NCBI GenBank assembly: GCA_965287045.1
Contig: OZ336870.1
Coordinates: 130,448,001 to 130,512,000, forward strand
DNA length: 64,000 nucleotides
From: Carcharhinus amblyrhynchos
Taxonomy: Eukaryota
Direction: 5' to 3'
The notes under the pieces are model-generated. The model saw only the letters and a list, made by a program, of their open reading frames with translations, made no database searches and was not told the DNA's origin. Below are positions 60,795-64,000 of this stretch, piece after piece. Each line of letters begins with the position of its first letter. Position 1 is the stretch's first letter. Both the position numbers and the translations under genes were made by a program.

Positions 60795-63595
60795 GCCCCT
60801 ACTCCCATCCTGACCTGCCAGTCAGCTTACTACAGGAGCTGGTGGATTTCATACCTGTGACCCAGGAGCTGCAGCAGGACATCCCTCCCTGGCTCACAAC
60901 TCGGTGGTGACACTTGAAGGAGGCTTAGAGCTAAATTTGGCGGGCTGTATAATCACTCCTCCAGACTCGGGGCGCCTGTTTTAGGTGGAAGCTAAATTTC
61001 TCTACCATTCACTTTAAATTCATTTTGACCAATTTCAGTTCTATTACCTGCTGTAGAAATGACTGGAGCACAAATCTGCCAAGATAGTGGGATGGGCCTT
61101 GCATGATCAATTCATCGCACATCACTAGATCATTACTCACACCTTGTGTAATCTCAGGCACTACTCCCACAAATAGAACAGAGACTTTCACTCAAAGGAA
61201 TTGCAATTGGATATCAGTTTCTTGTTATTCCAAATACATTAGTACTAACTGAAGAGCTAAGATTTTCTTTGGGTTCTATGTGTAATGAAACTGGCATTTC
61301 ATACAGAGCTTTCCAAATTTGATAGCACACAGGAAATCTCCTCTTCTGCCAAAACGTATCATAGTTTTGTAAGAAAGAGTATTTCCCAACATGTTGAACA
61401 GTCACTAATGTCTAAGTTATTATAAGACAGGAAATGATAATGTGGACACAGAGTATGTATGTACGTGTATAAACTTGTAAATGTGAATAATTTCTTGATG
61501 ATGTTTAAGTGCATATTTGTGGTAAATTATATTGAAGGTAGAGAAGGAAATGTTAAGACTTCATCATTGGTTTAACTTTAGCCATATATTAAACATACCT
61601 TACCTATTCGTGCCAGTTTTAAATAGCCACATGCTGTGAAAAATAAAGTAAGGAGTAGTATTCCCTTCCCCAAAGATTACAAAGTTGGAATTTTCTTTTC
61701 AATTCATAGAAGACCTGTGCCAAGCTGAGTCTTTGTGGACTGCGTAAGGCTGAGTCTGAGTTAATTTGCTGTGAAAGTGACACGACTTACCATCTTGCTT
61801 AAATAACAGTCCCTTCCTTCGCATTTAAAGGCTGTTGGATCTTGGTGAGTCCCTAAAACACAAACTGGTTCACATCTAGCTAAACTTACAGCTTATTGAT
61901 TGTGTGGAGCTGGTCAACATATAAGAAACAAGTCAGGGCTACAGCTGTGTGCCAATGATTCACGGGACGCAACATGCTCATATCCAGCTGTATTGTGATG
62001 CTAACGCTGGGGCATCAGGGTTATCACAACAATCTTCTCCAAATTGCAATAGCTAAGCTTCTGAGTTTAGTGGTGCCAATTAGTAATACTTTACCTTGTC
62101 TTCAGACAAATGTTATAGCTGGTAGAGGATTGTGCTGGATCAGGGCTTCCACAACCTGTGAGTAGAAACAGACTCTTGGCAAACGTCCCCTTTACAGCTC
62201 ACTTAACCACTATTTGGCCAGTGAAGTTAACAGAATGGACTCAAGAACATGTTTTACAGAAGAGAGTGATTTATACAGTTGATTTTAACTCCCAGTGGAC
62301 ATGAGTTTTCCACAGCTCCAGTCCAATGCAATTGCAAGCACTGAGCTTCATTTCCATGTTACTAATGCACACCCACCCTATAACCTATCAGCAGCTGATG
62401 AAGGCATCAAACCAAAGTATATTTCGAGAATGAGCCTGCTTCGAGAGAAACATGGGCGGGAAGCATGTGTCAGCTCATGGCTTGGTCCTGGTCTGCAGGT
62501 AGTCTGGGAAAAAGAAGTTCAGGAAGAGTCCTGCAGAAACAATGGGAACATTCGTGACATGGACAGTCTAAACTTTCCTCACAGTGCCTAAAGATGCATG
62601 TCTACTCCGGGATCCACAAAGGGAAGTGAAAAAAAAATGTACTTGTCTCTTTGCGTCTTGATCCTTTACAATCTGGCAGGAAAGCTATGGGCTTGAATTA
62701 GAATGTCTCAGCGTCTGAATGAACATAGTTTATTTATAGAAGGACCCTGTCAGCTTCAGGCCTCTGGCACCTGCTCAGGAGAGCAGGTCGAAATCTAACA
62801 CCTTGGGATCCAACAAGTAATCCAGAGCATTTTGCCCACGAAGCCAGTTTCTGCAAAGGGGGTATGGTTAAAATCCCCTCACCATCTAAAATGTTTTGAT
62901 GTCTCTAATCACAATGTGACATTAAGCTGACTGTCTTTATTGCACCAAGCATTGCTAAGGATCTTGATTCTGAATCGAAGGAGGTGAAGTCATGCTTTGT
63001 GATGCTAGTAGTAAATACGTTGATATAAAATTCCTTTGTTGGCTATTATAATGAAGAAACGAGTAAAATTATTTCAAGATGTTTCTTTCAGTCCCCGTGT
63101 GTTTTGTGAGAACCATGAATCTTATAGTGAGTGGAAGATCATTTGTCACATGGAAGTAGACACTTCCTTGGAATTGAATGCAAAGGATACAATTGCTACA
63201 GAAACACCCAGTTATTCATACCACACTGAGTGATGCTGGCTTCTAATTAACCCACTACCCTGCTTTAAACCAAACCTGAAATATGTTATCCATTTTGTGA
63301 TAAAGACCAGCTATCATAGTCATGATGATTTCATGTCTGATTTTTCAAGCTGCTGGGCATCAAGGCACCTTGGGCAGTTTGACAGCTTTAGGCACAAGTA
63401 CTGTCAAGCTGTTAATTGTGCATAACCAAACCACTGTCTTTTATCTAAATGTAGGTGTTAATGAATGTTTTTTTAAGTGCCCCTACAAGTCACTGGATCG
63501 AATCCATGTGACATGTTATGCAAGTGGCAATGAGGGGTGCAAAATAGTGGGGAAAAAAGTTACTGTAGAATCTACATTGTCAAAGTTGAGTACAG

Positions 63596-64000
63596 TAAAC
63601 CAGATAGAGAATCTGGTGAGTTGGTGCGATGACAATAATCCCTCCCTCAATGTAAGTACAACTTAAGGAGATAGTCATTGTCTTCAGGAAGCATAATGAA
63701 GGACATGTCCCATTTACATCAACCAGGATGAAGTGGAAATGGACAAGAGCTTCAAGTTTCTAGGTGTCCAGATCACTAACAACCTGTCCTGGTCCCTTCA
63801 CATCAATGTTATAGTTACGAAAGCCCACCAATGCATTTACCTTCTCAGAAGGTTAAGGAAATTCAGCATGTGTGCTACGAATCTCACCAATTTTTACAGA
63901 TGCACCATAGGACGCATCCTTTCCAGATGCATCACAGCTTGGTATGGCTCTTGCGATAACCAAAGCCACAAGTAGCTACAAATGGTTGTGAATGTAGTCC
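63596..64000 (+). mobile_element. Rex1/Babar-like LINE RT fragment (runs off window end)
   Basis: IENLVSWCDDNNPSLNVS, FKFLGVQITNNLSWSLHI...LLRRLRKF...FYRCTI...CITAWYGSC. Confidence 0.85.

Noticed and set aside
61596-61640. Possible upstream TRIM2 exon with ATG and AG|GTAAGG donor on the minus strand
   Set aside because: Out of frame with TRIM2, no similarity to known N-termini, and isolated donor motifs are common by chance

Overview
This is eukaryotic, AT-rich, repeat-dense DNA, most likely from a shark or other elasmobranch, judged from HE1/V-SINE, DeuSINE, CR1, L2, Rex1 and Penelope relics. The window holds one protein-coding gene, TRIM2 (RING/B-box/coiled-coil/filamin/NHL E3 ligase), on the minus strand. 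Nine coding exons run from the ATG at 35269 to the exon at 1792-1862, all with GT-AG boundaries and consistent phases. The last NHL exons lie beyond position 1, and I could not locate the true first exon or promoter. Nearly all other ORFs in the track are retroelement debris or noise. The main observations are: (1) a two-copy retroposon with a U2 snRNA head, a TSD, an A-rich tail and a repeated hairpin module (SINEU-like), antisense to TRIM2; (2) a 360-bp copy of sequence from 1 kb away, flanked by a 20-bp duplication, so that direct repeats bracket the start-codon exon; (3) tandem splice donors adding GTLD, followed by four (U)GCAUG Rbfox motifs and a hairpin; (4) a candidate 12-nt microexon that would split a RING zinc-ligand pair; (5) an in-frame TGA plus a uORF just upstream of the TRIM2 ATG. 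Repeat boundaries were read by eye and are approximate, and repeat family names come from recalled consensus features.
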